Source of the DNA: Callorhinchus milii
Taxonomy: Eukaryota
Assembly: GCF_018977255.1 (NCBI RefSeq)
Contig: NW_024704742.1
Span: 100,814,001 to 100,878,000 of the forward strand
Direction of reading: 5' to 3'
Length of the DNA stretch: 64,000 nucleotides
The notes beneath the pieces were generated by a model. That model searched no databases. It was not told the origin of the DNA and saw only the letters and a list, made by a program, of their open reading frames with translations. A program made the translations under genes and the position numbers. Positions 14,132 to 27,171 of this stretch are shown one piece after another; position 1 is the stretch's first letter; the number at the start of each line of letters is the position of its first letter.

Positions 14132-14391
14132 AATAATAATAATAATAATAATAATCCTTGCATTTGATATAGCGCTTTTCACGTCGGGAGGACGTCCCAA
14201 AGCGCTTCACAGAACATACTTTAAAGTGAATTGACTGTATATTTGTGGGCGAACACGGCAGCCAATTGCGCACAGCAATGTCCCACAAACAGTCATAGAT
14301 TGAAAATGACCAATTTATTATTGGTTTGGGTTTTGGAGGGATTATTATTATTAGGCGTGTGGAGTAAGGAAACTTGCCCAAGGTTTCGCCC
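14132..14391 (-). mobile_element. Young short SINE lacking the tRNA head (5'-truncated)
   Basis: Near-identical to the corresponding part of the copies at 46540, 47551 and 49980. Confidence 0.95.
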
Positions 14392-15367
14392 CAGTTATTT
14401 TTTTTGTGGATCCACTATAACGTGGGTTTTAGTTATGGGTCTGAAACACTATTACTGTTTGCCTTAGATTTACATGCAAGACATTGTACCCAAACGATGA
14501 TGTCCCTCTAAAGCCAGAATCTCACCTTCAACGTGTGAATGATTAATTATAACATTTTTAACATGAATTACAATTGTTCTTCGGTTACAACACATTTTCA
14601 GATATCATCTTCCCAATGTACAGAATACAAGTTAGAGCATATTCATAATGTATATAGCGTGTAACATACTACAAAGCGATAACAAAAAGTCAAATACTTC
14701 CAAGAGAAAATGGAGTGAAAAAATTGTTGGAGAACAAAACCCTGATTCACTGTGAGTAAATAGTTCTTATTTATTTGGTACCCAACAAGCACATGTTTGA
14801 GCCCTCAATAAGTGGATGGTAGGATGCAGAAACTTCCTAGCGAGCTGAACACTATCTGATGTGTGGCTTAACTGTGTGCCAGGTTTGCCTACAAATACAG
14901 TCACTAAACTTCTGATTCAGAGATAGAACACTACCAACTGTGAGCCAGGCTGACATTAGCCCATTGCTTAAAGGGCAGGTTGTACCACAACAATGTTAGA
15001 TACTTAATGGTATAGCCAGGAATTGAAGTGGCTGGCAATGTCACATTACACAATACTCCAAAGTATATTTTGTGTGGTTCACTGCCTTCAGTCTTTTCAT
15101 GTTTATTCTCCTTTAAATGACATATAAACAGTAAAACTGAGTTTTGTTCAGAAATGCAGCCATGTTTTTCCTGAATAGTCAGCATATATTTATTCAGTAA
15201 AGGTGCCACTTGATGTAATACTTAGTTATAAGGTTGCAATGAATGCAAGTTGCTGTTGTTCCAAGCTTGAGTCCCAGGCAGTCCTGAATTAGCTGAATGA
15301 GCAGCAATCAGGTTGCTCTGGCGAGAAGAAGATCAGGTGGATTATGCATGAACCCAATTGTTTGTGT

Positions 15368-15785
15368 CAGCCTGGTTTATTTAGTAGCACTTTGGCCTTT
15401 GAGTCAGAAGGTTGTGATTTCAGATCCACCTCAGGGTTTCGTAACCATATAGTCTATGCTGTATTGTGCTGTGGTGTGCTGTATTATGTGTTGTACCATC
15501 TTTTGGATGAGATGTTGCATCAAGGTCTTGTCTGCCTGTTCAGATAGACGTTATAGATCTTTGAAAAAGAAAGGAGTTTCTCCTGGAGTCCTGGCCGACA
15601 ATCCCCTAAGTAAAGTTGATCACTCACTTCATGAGCATTTGTGGGATATTGCTGTGCATAAATTAGTTGCCAAATTTGGTCCACAAAATACAGTCAATCC
15701 ACTTTACAATATATTCTGTGAAGCGCTTTGAGATGTCTCAACAATACGACAAGGTGCTATATTAAATGCAAGGATTATTATATTA
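15368..15785 (+). mobile_element. Old full-length DeuSINE (SacSINE1/AmnSINE1-like layout)
   Basis: tRNA-like head TAGCACTTTGGCCTTTGAGTCAGAAGGTTGTGATTTCA; central CATCTTTTGGATGAGATGTT...GGTCTTGTCTGCCTGTTCAG...GTCCTGGCC; TGTGGGATATTGCTGTGCATAAATT; (ATT)n tail. Confidence 0.8.
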
Positions 15786-16029
15786 AATGAAAGGATATTT
15801 ATTTTGGGAAAGTCGATATGTCTGGATGTCGGCTGAGGTCAAGATTTGTCTTGGCTGGCCAACTTTTCAATCAACATGCTATCAGCTTGGCTCGGTTGCT
15901 AGGACACTCGCCTTTGTGTCAGAAGGTTGTGGGTTCAAGCCCCATGTCAGGACTTCAATTTCACATAATGTCTAGGCTGAGTGAGTGCAGTGCTGGGGGC
16001 TTAGTTATTCACATCATGGCTTTTGCATT

Positions 16030-16300
16030 TTTCACAGTCCGCTCCCTCTGCTCAGCAGGCTCCGGCTCCATCCCACAGTCCCATCGTCTTCCTCCCTTCC
16101 TTGTCTTCTTCAAGGCAACTCTCAAGACTCTCCTCTTCGATTGTGCCTTTGGTCATCCTCCTCCCCTAACCCTCCCTGTTCTCCACCCCTCCTGATCCCA
16201 AACCCTAGCTCAGGTCCAAATTCCTGACTGTCCAGCTCCTTGCGACATCCTCCCAATGTGAAAGGCGCTTTACAAATGTAGTTTGTTGTTGTTGTTGTTG
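16030..16300 (+). mobile_element. L2 3' end
   Basis: FKATLKTLLFD, C-rich 3'UTR and tail GACATCCTCCCAATGTGAAAGGCGCTTTACAAATG(TTG)n. Confidence 0.85.
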
Positions 16301-17289
16301 AAACACTCTTCAAGAGAGCAAAGTCCCAGGGTAGCCAATCTTTCCTGTTAACTCTGTCCCTTAAATTCTGGAATTAATCTAGTAGCCTACCAGTGCATTC
16401 CTCCATCAAATGAATATTCTCTTTAAATAAAGAGACTGAAATGTTCATGCAGAACTCCATGGGTAATCTATTTTAAGTCACTTTTTTTGACTTGTACTTG
16501 CTTGCATTCAGTCAGCTTATAACTTTGGGATTCAGGCTTGGTGAAAGCTGCACTATAGGTCTGCACAGCTTCCTGCAATAATGTTTTCTTTCAGAGAATT
16601 ATTTTGGTATGTGGCAGACTTAATAATAATAATCAGCTATTATTGTTAGGATCAATGTATAATCATGAATGTGTCTGGTACACGTTATTCTGATAGGCAG
16701 CGAAGCTTTAATGAGCCCAGCGCATTTCACATCTCAATACTGTGTTAATAACAACATTTAATCCAAAAGTGGAACTTCAGGGAAACAGTAATTACAGAGA
16801 ATGAAATGTCAGATGTATTAAAGGCAATGCCAACATCACGTCAACTTTGAAACAGCTTGGAGACTATTCTTTGGTTTCCTCAGTGGGTTGTCTCATATAG
16901 CCTTCTCTTAAGTGCCTTGATCGTAATCAAAATGACATTTATTAACTTTAATACGCCATCTAACAACATTAAACTCAGATACAATTATTACTAATGTTCT
17001 TGATGAACAGGGCTAAATTCAAGATTTCAATAGTTTCTTTCTTTTTCATTTTGGTTCTTTTCTTTTGCTCAGGCTTAGCAGTGACCTTCAGTGTATTGAT
17101 TGTATATTAATAAAGTTCATCAACACGATTCCAATTGCAAAGAACTTACCAAGCTACAGTTAACAGTCATGCCAAAACATATTTCACAGCATATTAGATG
17201 TGTGACGTTCCGATTTATCCTCATTTAAAACTTTGGATTATTTCTAGAAACAAGCTAGCCTGCAAGATCACAAGGAAGTCTTGGATGAA

Positions 17290-18050
17290 GAAAACTCTTT
17301 GATCCATTTGACCTCATCCTACCTTAAGCTACCATCTACCAATCACAACACCATTTGTTAATTATTTCTTAATAATTCTTATTATTAAGAATTTAATAAT
17401 TTCTTAAATTTCTTAAATGAGTTCAGCGTCCTGACCTCAATCACACTCCTGGTAACCTGATCCAGTCATTAATTATCCACTGAGTAAATAAATCTTTCCT
17501 GAAATTTCCCTTTGTGATTCTGTTATTCTGCTCTCTTGGCACATTTGAAAGTATTGATCTGAATTTACTTTCTGAATCCCAATTGTAGAATCGTACATTT
17601 ATTTTTAAGAAACATCGCTTTCCAAGGAAAAAGAGCCTTATCTTATCTAATTATTGCTCATTCCTCTTATACTGGGGATTATGCAAGTTGCTCTCCTTTG
17701 CACTACTTCTATTGTCTGGGCCCTTATATTGTAGTAAACAAAATTGCACACAGTACTCCAGGTAGTGACCAGAGCACTATACAGCTTGAGCATGACTTCT
17801 GAACTTAATGATTTTGCAATATAACCCAACAACCTCCTTGCCTTGTTTAATGCTGCCTTGCACTATTTTGATGTGGTAAGCGATGAGACAACTAATGCTC
17901 CTAGATCTCTTTCAACTTATTCCTTGGCAAGTTGTATCCCATTCACGGAGTTAGTTTTGTGCCTCCTATTTTTACTTTGTATAAGAAGTATCTTGTGTTT
18001 ATCTGTATTGAACTATATTTGCTGACCATTAACCCATGTTCATACCCGAT
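17290..18050 (-). mobile_element. Old CR1 ORF2 C-terminal fragment
   Basis: Minus strand RDLGALV, MLGYIAKS...SEVMLKLYSALV and IEVVQRRAT. Confidence 0.8.
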
Positions 18051-18635
18051 CGAGATGTCTTTCTATGACCTTAAAAAATACTCTTGAGAGCTGGAACAAA
18101 CATGATGGACTGAACGGCCTCCTTCCTTGCAATAAAGTCATATTCCCAATTCCCTTTCTTTTAACATCATAGCATTACATAGATTTACATAGACTGTATA
18201 GTTCGCAAACTGGCCTTTCAGCCCAAGCCACTCCATGCCTGTGGTTACACACATGAATCCCCACCCACTAGATCCCCTAGTTGCTATCTTTATCAATTCA
18301 GCTTCTTTTGAGGGTGCTGTGTGTTTTTTAAAGGTATTTTGACTCCTATGATTTTTTCAACTCTGGATTTTAAATATTTATAGGTGATATTTATAGCATT
18401 GTTCCAAGCCATAAACATGGCATTATAAATCAGAACAACCTTTTGAAAACAACTGAGAGGATTAATTATTGAATGACTAAAGCATATGATGGTGGTACTT
18501 ATACTTTGAATGAGCAGAAGGCATCAGATGATCTCTCCAAAAGAGACAGCTGCAGGAAGAGATTTAAAGTGTAATGTGGCTCAGTGGATAAACAAAGACA
18601 ACGTTGAGTGAAATTATTCAGAGAATAAGTTTCAT

Positions 18636-19002
18636 TAATAATAATCCTTGTATTTGACATAGCGTCTTACATATCATTGAGACGACTCAAAGCACTTCAC
18701 AGAATATATTATAAAGTGGATTGACTGTGTATTTTGTGAGCAAAACTCGGCAGCCAATAGCACACAGCAGTGTTCCACAAACAGTAGTATTAAGCAAACA
18801 AATTTTTGAGAGAAAGATTATTAGCCCCGAAAACCGATTCGCCAATTGACTATCGACAAGGTTCCTACTTCTTATTTTGCTAGGTAAACATAGGCTGTGC
18901 AGTAAGGGAACTTGCCTGAGGTATCGCCCTGCCCGTGAATCAAATCTGGGGTCTGTCGCTTGAGAGCCAAGCGTGCTAACCACTATGCTACAGGGCCCCA
19001 TA
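18636..19002 (-). mobile_element. Full-length long-variant tRNA(Ala)-like SINE
   Basis: Head CTGTAGCATAGTGGTTAGCACGC...GATTTGATTCACGGGCAGGGCGA, the extra ~70-bp segment, Deu-like 3' body and (ATT)n. Confidence 0.88.
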
Positions 19003-19129
19003 AGACTCCATTAGAAACTGTTTTTGTCCCATATCATAATTCTATCAATATTGTTCATAAATCAATATTTATTTTGTAATGTCATGGCCTACTTTGGCAC
19101 TGAAATATTGTTTTGGGCTTTTAATGTTC

Positions 19130-19340
19130 CTTCTTTTTATGTGGTACTGAAGAATAAGCAGGCTGACTCCTGAGATATACTGTGTGCGTTCCTGGAAAGT
19201 GCCAGAGGCAAAGAAGCTGAAGCTTGTGGTGACCATGATTGCTGCTGGTGCTTTCTGATGCTGGAGCATTCCAGCAGGACTTTGAGCAGCAGGTAGCACA
19301 GGAACCTCGGGAACTGCATTCTCTTTTGTGGCAACAGAAT
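19130..19340 (-). mobile_element. PIF/Harbinger transposase-like fossil
   Basis: PAAIMVTTSFSFFASGTFQERTQYISGVS resembles the HARBI1-type N-terminal HTH motif (AL.FxASGSFQ...GxSQ); LCYLL lies upstream in another frame. Confidence 0.5.
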
Positions 19341-20369
19341 TGACTCCACAAATCTACATCCACTGCCCGGGGTAGTCCCTACTGCCCATTGGCATCCTCT
19401 GAAACCTTCAGGACCTACCTCAGCTCCAGTAATAGCAAATAACTGCACTGTTTTTTATACCCACTCTCTCTTTGACAAATATACTGTGATCTTGTAACAT
19501 TGAAAATCTTGTTATCTATTTCCTAGTGGGTGCCTTTCTTCTCACTACCTCCAGGTCTGACCTGGCACTCTATATGCTCACTTTCCTAAGCTGCTGAATT
19601 CCTTTTCAATGGCTTTAAACAAATTCAATTGAACTTTATAAAAAATGCTATCAAACCAGTTCTTACAAAGGATTTTGAGGTCGGAGTTTTGAGAATAGGG
19701 CTACAAAAAAGGCTTCACATTTTGAATCTGATTTTACACAACTAAATGTTCACATCACAGGAATTTGGGGCTCTAACTCAAACACCTAAAATTCCTGACT
19801 AGTATCATATGTTTTAATCCCTTTCATCGCATTATATGCAGAAGTTGTGTATGAAAATCTTTGCATTTTGTATAGTTCCTGTCACTTTGAGGGGATGTCT
19901 CAAAGTGTTTCAAACATTTTTATAATAATAATAATCCTTGTTTTGTTCATTCAAAGTCCAGACGTGGGGCTTGAACACACAATCTCTGGTCCAGAGGCAT
20001 GAGTGTTCCAACTGAGCCAGGCTGACAATTATTCATAGCTTTTTTAAACATATTTTCATTGTCATTGTTGTTTCTTGCTGCTTCTACGGATTATTATTAA
20101 GGACCATTAGGGTCGTTGTTTTTACCTGTTTTTTGGGTGAAAGTTAATTGGTAAAAATGATTTTCCCCTGAATTTAATTTTAAAAAGCAAAGTAACTGAT
20201 TTTTGTACCAGTTCCCATATCAGTTTCTAGGAATGAGCATACCACGTTGTGCCTAGTTGTGCACAAGTAAAGGGTTGCTTGCATTTTAAGCTTCTCTGGT
20301 CACCTTATGTGCATGCACTGAATTGGAATGTTTTACCAGTAAATCCAATAAGAACTTTTAAATAATTTA

Positions 20370-20590
20370 GAGACAGAGATAAAGTCATAGAAAGATTAAT
20401 ACTGAGAGATTCAAAGAGAAAGCGAGATTGAGGGAAAAGTCAATGAGAAAATGAGGAAGAGAAAGAGAGGGGCAGAGGTAGAAAAAGGTAGAGACAGAGG
20501 TGACAAAGAGATGGAGACAGCAAGATGAAGACAAAGAGAAAGACAGAGAGAAAAAGAATGACGGACATGGAGAGAGAGAAGGGCTAGCAA
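20370..20590 (+). repeat. Low-complexity GA-rich purine tract
   Basis: Degenerate (GA)/(GAGACA) repeats. Confidence 0.75.
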
Positions 20591-20880
20591 GATGTATTAC
20601 TACCATGACAGTGTAACACTTGATGGAACATTTTTTTAGTTGGCACTGTAACTAATTTGTATTTTGCAAGATATTCAATTATCCATACTGGTTCCTTATC
20701 TGCAATGAAGTTAGTGTAGATAATCGGCTCCATACTATACTAGTAATTGTGTTCATCAATAAAACAACTACTGCAGGTACATTGATGCGAATGACTCCTT
20801 TGTCGCAACCAGCAACAAGATACATTATTTAGCAGACATCACAATAGCTTTGTGTGATTATTAATGCACCATCGCTATGC

Positions 20881-21193
20881 AGGCAGGGCAAAACCTTGGG
20901 TAAGTTTCCTTACTCTACACGCCTAATGATAATCCCTCCAAAACAAATCAATAATAAATTGGTAATTTTCAATCCACGACTGTTTGTGGGACACTGCTGT
21001 CCGCAATCGGCTGCCGCGTTTCGCCCACAAATATACGGTCAATTCACTTTACAGTCTATTCTGTGAAGCGCTTTGAGATGTCGAGAAGACGTGAAAAGCA
21101 CTATATCAAATGCAAGGATTATTATTATTATTATTAGTATTAGTATTAGTATTAGTATTAGTATTAGTATTAGTATTAGTATTAGTATTATTA
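20881..21193 (+). mobile_element. Short-variant SINE, head truncated, tail expanded to (ATTAGT)n
   Basis: GGCAGGGCAAAACCTTGGGTAAGTTTCCTTACTC... body; (ATT)n tail followed by an (ATTAGT)n array. Confidence 0.92.
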
Positions 21194-22559
21194 TGCAGCC
21201 TGTTTCTCTGGCTTTGCTAAACTTATTGGGAATTTGAGCTATAAAGGATTGTAACGCTTATATTACAGAGTTACTGCATTACTAACAATATAATTATTAA
21301 TTATTATGATTTATAAATTGAATATTGAAATATGTGGCAGTATAAAACAAACTTAGTTCCTATAATCATTGGTGAACTGGGACTGTTAATAAGACTATTC
21401 AAAAATGGCTTGACAAAATATCTGGTGAACAAAGTACCAACCTCCTGCAAAATGTGGCTATTTTTGGAAGGTCAAACGTACTAGGAAAAGTAACATAAAT
21501 ATGTAACATGGCAGTGTTATTGGTCTGGCTGACCCATCACTGAAAAACACATAGAAACTACCTTTACAGAGTGGTTTATACTGTAATAACATAATAATAA
21601 TTAATTATAATAAAAATCCTAGGTTTTTTATATTTGTTTGCTTGACAGCTTCTTAGATTTTTCTAGTTTTATTGCAAATTGTGCTGATGAATTCTATAAC
21701 ATCTATACAATCCTTCATGTTCACTTTTTCATCAATTGATTCCTAAAATGGGCTAATTCTAAAAGGTTGGCCATTAATACAGAATGAGGAAATGAGATGT
21801 ATTTAAACCAGATATGAAGGATATTTATAGATAGACAACTTTAGTAATAGTAACAATAATAACGAAAATAATAATCCTTAAATTTGGGAAAGCACCTTTC
21901 AAGTTGGTTGGATATCATAAAATGCTTCACAGGATTTTATTGTAAAGAGGAGTGACTGTGTGTTTTGCAGGCATACTGCTTTGTAGTGCAGTCAAGAATA
22001 ACATGGAATAACATAAAGCAGATGGCAAATCCAGATAAACACACAAAGGGGTTTGACAAAAAAGGTACTGCAGATGGCAATTGTGTGCTCAGACCTCTAG
22101 TTGAAAGCATTATGCTTCAATTAGAAGCATGTGCAGCTGCAGGAAATGTTGACATAATAGGGATTACAGTGATGCAGTTCACTCCTGAAAGGAGGAGCAT
22201 ATTTACTGTTCAGGGTAAAGGACGCTCAGGGAGGATATAAAAGACGGGTTAGGTTAGGAAATGTAGGAATATTTTGGTGGAGACAATATAGAAATTAATG
22301 AGCCCAATTTGATATTGCAGGGGTAACAAAAAGCAAACTAGTTTGGTGTGCACTTCAGTGGGTCAGATGACCTATTATTGTCCATGCCTTTTTTTTGCTG
22401 TTTCTCAAGTAAACACCATTAATCTCAGAAAATTGCTGAAGCCGGAATAAATTTGTCAAAGGCTAAAAACTATTTATTCGGCAAGATTTTTCAAAGTACG
22501 GCATGGCTGGTAACTTGGCAATTATTAGTTTCCTGTGAATAACGCTAACACTGGAGGTA

Positions 22560-22709
22560 TTTCTTTTACTTCTTTCTTTTCGACCGCGCCTTCGGTCACC
22601 TTCCACCCCTCCTCCTGGCTCGGTCCCGGGATCCTAAACTGTAAAGCGCTCTGAGACAGCGGCAGGCGTGGAGGGCGCTATATAAATCCAAGTTGTTGTT
22701 GTTGTTGTT
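22560..22709 (+). mobile_element. L2 3' end, second tail type
   Basis: TTTCTTTTCGACCGCGCCTTCGG...AAGCGCTCTGAGAC...GAGGGCGCTATATAAATCCAAG(TTG)n. Confidence 0.85.
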
Positions 22710-23529
22710 CTTGGACTTTTACTGTAAGCCAAAACTGTGACACACCTTCTCGAATGGAATGGTAAAAAGATATCCATTATATCGGAATTTGTTGCCATCA
22801 AAATGTAATTGAAAGTATTTCCCTTGGTCCATCTTTGGTTTCAGGACATTCTATGGCCTTTAGCAATAATAAATTGGTCACAGATTCAGTTAAGGCTTTT
22901 GCTGTCGTCACACAATGATATATACCTGCAGCAGAATACTAGATGAATCCATTCATCTTTGACAGATACTTAAAACTATAAATATTCTGGTGGCATTATC
23001 AGATTTACAGGTTAAAGTAAAACTAATCTTAGAATGCATTCATTTATTGACATTTCCAGCCACGTGTATTGTAGAAAGTAACTGTGGAACTTGGGAATGT
23101 GTTGTTTTGCAGTTTATGCAGCTTGATGTTGTGATGGGAAGACATTTGAGGGATGAAATCAGAGGGGCCAAAGGACCTTCTTCATCCAAACTAATCTTGT
23201 GATCTTGTGGTGTCAATCTTGCAGAGTTCTTCGGATTCTGGGATAATATCAGAGGATTGGGAAGTAGAAAATATTTTAAGACTCATCTCTCTTTTACTCA
23301 AAAAAGGTAGAGATGAACCTTGTAATTATAAGCAAGTAAGTTTGACCTCAGAGGGATGTTGATCGAATCCATCATCTGCAGCCAGTAGGCAAGCACCTGG
23401 AGAGACATGAGTTCATCAGGGAGAGTCAGTGTGGGTTTATCAAAGACCAGATGGGTTTGACTAACCTAAGTGAATTATTTGACAGTAATATGTATAATAA
23501 TAATCCTTGGATTTGATATAGCGCTTTAT

Positions 23530-23917
23530 ATCCTGTAGCTCAGTGGTTAGAGCACTCGGCTCGCATGTGAGAGACCTGGGTTCTATTCCTGGCAGGGCGA
23601 AATTTGGAGCAAGTTTCCTTACTCCACACGCTTCTGATTACCTAGCAGTAAGTAAGAACCCAGTTGTTAGTCGATTGGCGGATCGCTTTTCCGTGGATAA
23701 TAATTTCTTCAAACAAAAATAATAATAAATTATTTTAATAATAATAAATTATTCCCTGTTCTGATTCTAAAACTATGCCCTCTAGTTAACTACTGAAAAT
23801 TGGCTGCCTCATTTCATATACTATTAATTCACTTTACAGCATATTCTGGGAAGCACTTTGAGACGTCTAGAAGATGTGAAAAGTACTGTATCAAATGCAA
23901 GGATGTTATTATTATCA
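23530..23917 (+). mobile_element. Long-variant tRNA(Ala)-like SINE, internally rearranged
   Basis: A box TAGCTCAGTGG, B box GGTTCTATTCC, extra segment, then 3' body and tail. Confidence 0.88.
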
Positions 23918-23927
23918 CTTCTTCGAG

Positions 23928-23995
23928 ACAACAACAACAACAAAATTACATTTGTATAGCGCCTTTCACATCGGGAGGACGTCCCAAGGTGCTGA
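23928..23995 (-). mobile_element. L2 tail-only insertion
   Basis: Minus strand CAGCACCTTGGGACGTCCTCCCGATGTGAAAGGCGCTATACAAATGTAATT(TTG)n. Confidence 0.85.
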
Positions 23996-25499
23996 GATGC
24001 CTGAAAGTGCTTCACAGTATACACTGTAAAGTGAATTCACTGTATATTTTGTGGGTGAAACACGGCACACAGCAGTGTCCTACAAACAGTCGTGGATATA
24101 TATAGTTCCCTATGGGAGGTTATGAGCTAACATTGAGGCTCATTGCATTGGATTCTCTGACATCTCTGACATGGCTGAGTTATTAATCTGAGAATAGAAG
24201 TCAGACAGAGTTGGTATGAAGGGGATGTTCTCAGGCAGGCTTTGATGAATGTAATTTCTCAGGGGTTGGGGTCTATAGCTGTTCTTATAAATCAGCAATT
24301 TTGGTTCAGCTGTAGAGGGAGTACAGCCAGATGTAAAGATACCACCAAACTTAGAAATACAATGAAGTGTGAAGAGCAGTCAGACATTGATAGATTAGGT
24401 GTGCGGGGGGGCGGGGGAGGAGTATGGCAGTTGCAAGTTAATGTAGTCAAATTTGAAGTGATGCATTATAGCCATAAAAGTAAGGATTGACAACATGAAA
24501 AATGCAAGTCGATAGCCTTTTGATCTGGTAATTACTGGAGTGTGTGTGATACCTATCCCCAGCGCTAACTATCACAAGGACAAAGTGTACAATCATTCAG
24601 TATATAACACCAAAAGATCATTAGGGAGCAGCACACACGCCTTGAAGGTTGGTTTCTCACATTTGATTCTCTCTCAATTGCGCTCGCCACCATCTTGGCT
24701 GTTACGTTTATAATTGTAACTACTGGAATAACTTTTAACTAGATCTGTTTGTTTCATCCACAAAATACACTCAGTGACAGTACTTTATGGTCTATCCTGT
24801 GACGTGCTTTATAATGTCTCAACGTGATAAGGTCCTATATGAAGAATTATAATTATGTTATTATTATTGTTTAATATTTATTTTCTAAGAAGGTAAACTG
24901 GTTCTTTTAAAAAAAGATAGCAAAACATTTTTCCTATTTAGTACTGAATTCAAGAATTTACCACAATTCTGCATCTTAAATTTTAAGGTTTAATGGTCTT
25001 ATAGGCCGGAATTCTTGGCCTCAGATGTACAAACCAGATACCAGACCGTAAGAGAATAGTTAAATAAAGATATTAACTAAGATAACCATGCTTTCATATT
25101 CTGAAGATTATTCCACAGTCCTCTTTACTGAGGATTAGTTCGCTTTCTCAGGAATTAGGTATGGTTCAGTGTTCAAAATCTATTGTGAATCTTAAGCTAT
25201 TATTTTCCATATACTTAATGCTGAAAACCTTGTCTTACTTTGAAACCATTCCAATACGTAGGACACAGTGACACAAGAACCCGTTCCATGGGTTGAAAAG
25301 GGCTCTTTTAAAGGGACTGTGTGGTGAAGATATGTTGCACAATATTTTCAATTGTGCATTAGCAGAATAGGGTAAATACATTGATCAGCAATACAAACTT
25401 GATTTTATACATTTTAATCTTTTTTGACTTGCAAAAAATAATTTCAAGCAATGCTGATTGGAACACAAGTGAAATGCGTTCACAATGAACAGGTGCGTG

Positions 25500-25815
25500 T
25501 CATTCTAGCTCAATTGGTAGCATCTCTGAATCAGATTGTTGTGGGTTCACTCCCTCTGTTGGGTCTTTGAATTCATAGTCTAGACTTATACTTTAATGTG
25601 GTGCCATCCATTGGATCAGACTTTAAAACAAGGTCCTGTCTATCTGTCCAGTCAGACATTAAAGATTATGTTCTGTCGTGGTTATTTGTGTGCCGTGATT
25701 GCCAAATTGACTGCTGTGTTCGTCTAAAAATACAGTCACTAACTTTACAATGTATCTTGTGAAGTGCACTGAGATGTCTGGGTGATGTACAAGTTACTAT
25801 ATTAGATGCAAGCAA
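25500..25815 (+). mobile_element. Old DeuSINE
   Basis: TAGCTCAATTGGTAGCA...GTGGGTTCA head; GTGCCATCCATTGGAT...AGGTCCTGTCT core; CAAATTGACTGCTGTGTT. Confidence 0.7.
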
Positions 25816-27171
25816 TATTTTATTTTCTCCATTATCACGGTGGAGAAGGAAAAGAAGCTGAGGGCTTAACTCCCTGTTGGTGGTAAGAATTGACTTTTAA
25901 TGTAATTTTTCTAATTTGATCACTCATCAGCAACTTTGGTACACCTAAGGCAGCCAGAAATGTTGGCTACCTGGAGTGACAATGGCTATTCATTCTCTAT
26001 ATCCCATCAGTATAAAACTATTATCAACATAGCTAATCAACTACTGAAATCACTTCATAACAATTCACAGACCAGAAAAAGGCCATTCCATTGTGTCTCC
26101 CTCAACATCAATCTTTTCGGTCCTATTGACTTGCCCTTTCCCCTTACCCTTGCAGCTGATTATTTTGAAGGTATTTAACTAGTTCCTTCTTGAAGGCCAA
26201 CATGGATTCTGCAAAATTGGAGTCTCAACACATTTGGAAATCGTATTTCCAAACGATATGTTGCCCAAAACTGACACAATTCTCCAATTGTGGCCTAACT
26301 ACAACTTGAATTTATATAGCACTTTTCATGCAGGATTGTATTTCAGAGCACTGATGGTTTGTGCATTGTGTGTTTTGCTTGGGACTTTGACCTTGCAGAT
26401 GACAAGGACGTAAACAATAACCCTGTTTGCCTGATATTCTGATAAACCTAATATTCTCTTCACACAATATCAAAACTTTTATAAGGAACAATATAATATA
26501 TGTTACGTTCATATAACGCCTTTCACGTTGGGCGGACGTCCTAATGTGCTTGACAATTCTGTCTGGGCACCAGAGATGAAGGGGTTGGGGAGGGGAAAGA
26601 TGACTGAAAGTGTGGTCATGAAGTACAGTTTGAAGGCAAAGAGGTATGTTGAAGGAAGACATAGTCTAAGATTAATATTAGGTTTCATTGAGGAGTCACT
26701 TGAAATAAGAAACACTTTCTTTCTGATCAAACCCTAAGAGGCAGAGCAGATAAATATTGCATTCAATGTAATATCCTTCTGTTTGAGGATAAATACACAT
26801 TTCCAGGATTACTGACACATTTCATTTAAAATATATTTCCTCAAGCATAGACATTTGGTATCAAATTAACTTTGATGACAAGTGAAACAAAGCAAAACCT
26901 GTCCTTTTGTAATGAAGAAATAATTCAAGTTAGTTATGGATCTTATCATCCCCTCCCCCGAGATAGCGATAATGATAATAATAATTATAATAATAATTCT
27001 TGCATTTGGTATAGTGTCTTATCACATAGGAAGGACGTCTCAAAACGCTTCACTGGATTTATTGTGAAATCAAGCGACTGTGTATTTTGTGGGCAAATAA
27101 TGGATGTAATGTGTTGTTGTGATGAGACTGAATGTTTTGTCCATTTGCTTGTTTTTCTTCTATTTTCTTCA

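Larger units (their letters stand above)
23200..24490 (+). mobile_element. Ancient CR1 RT remnant interrupted by nested SINEs and an L2 tail
   Basis: Left part GAGAGTCAGTGTGGGTTTATCAAA...TTGACTAACCT (SQ.GFIK...LTNL); right part DTTKL...QSDIDRL...WQLQVNVVKFEVMH. Confidence 0.7.

Noticed and set aside
17366..17391. 11-bp AT-rich inverted repeat TTCTTAATAAT/ATTATTAAGAA
   Set aside because: Low-complexity local rearrangement inside an old CR1 3' end
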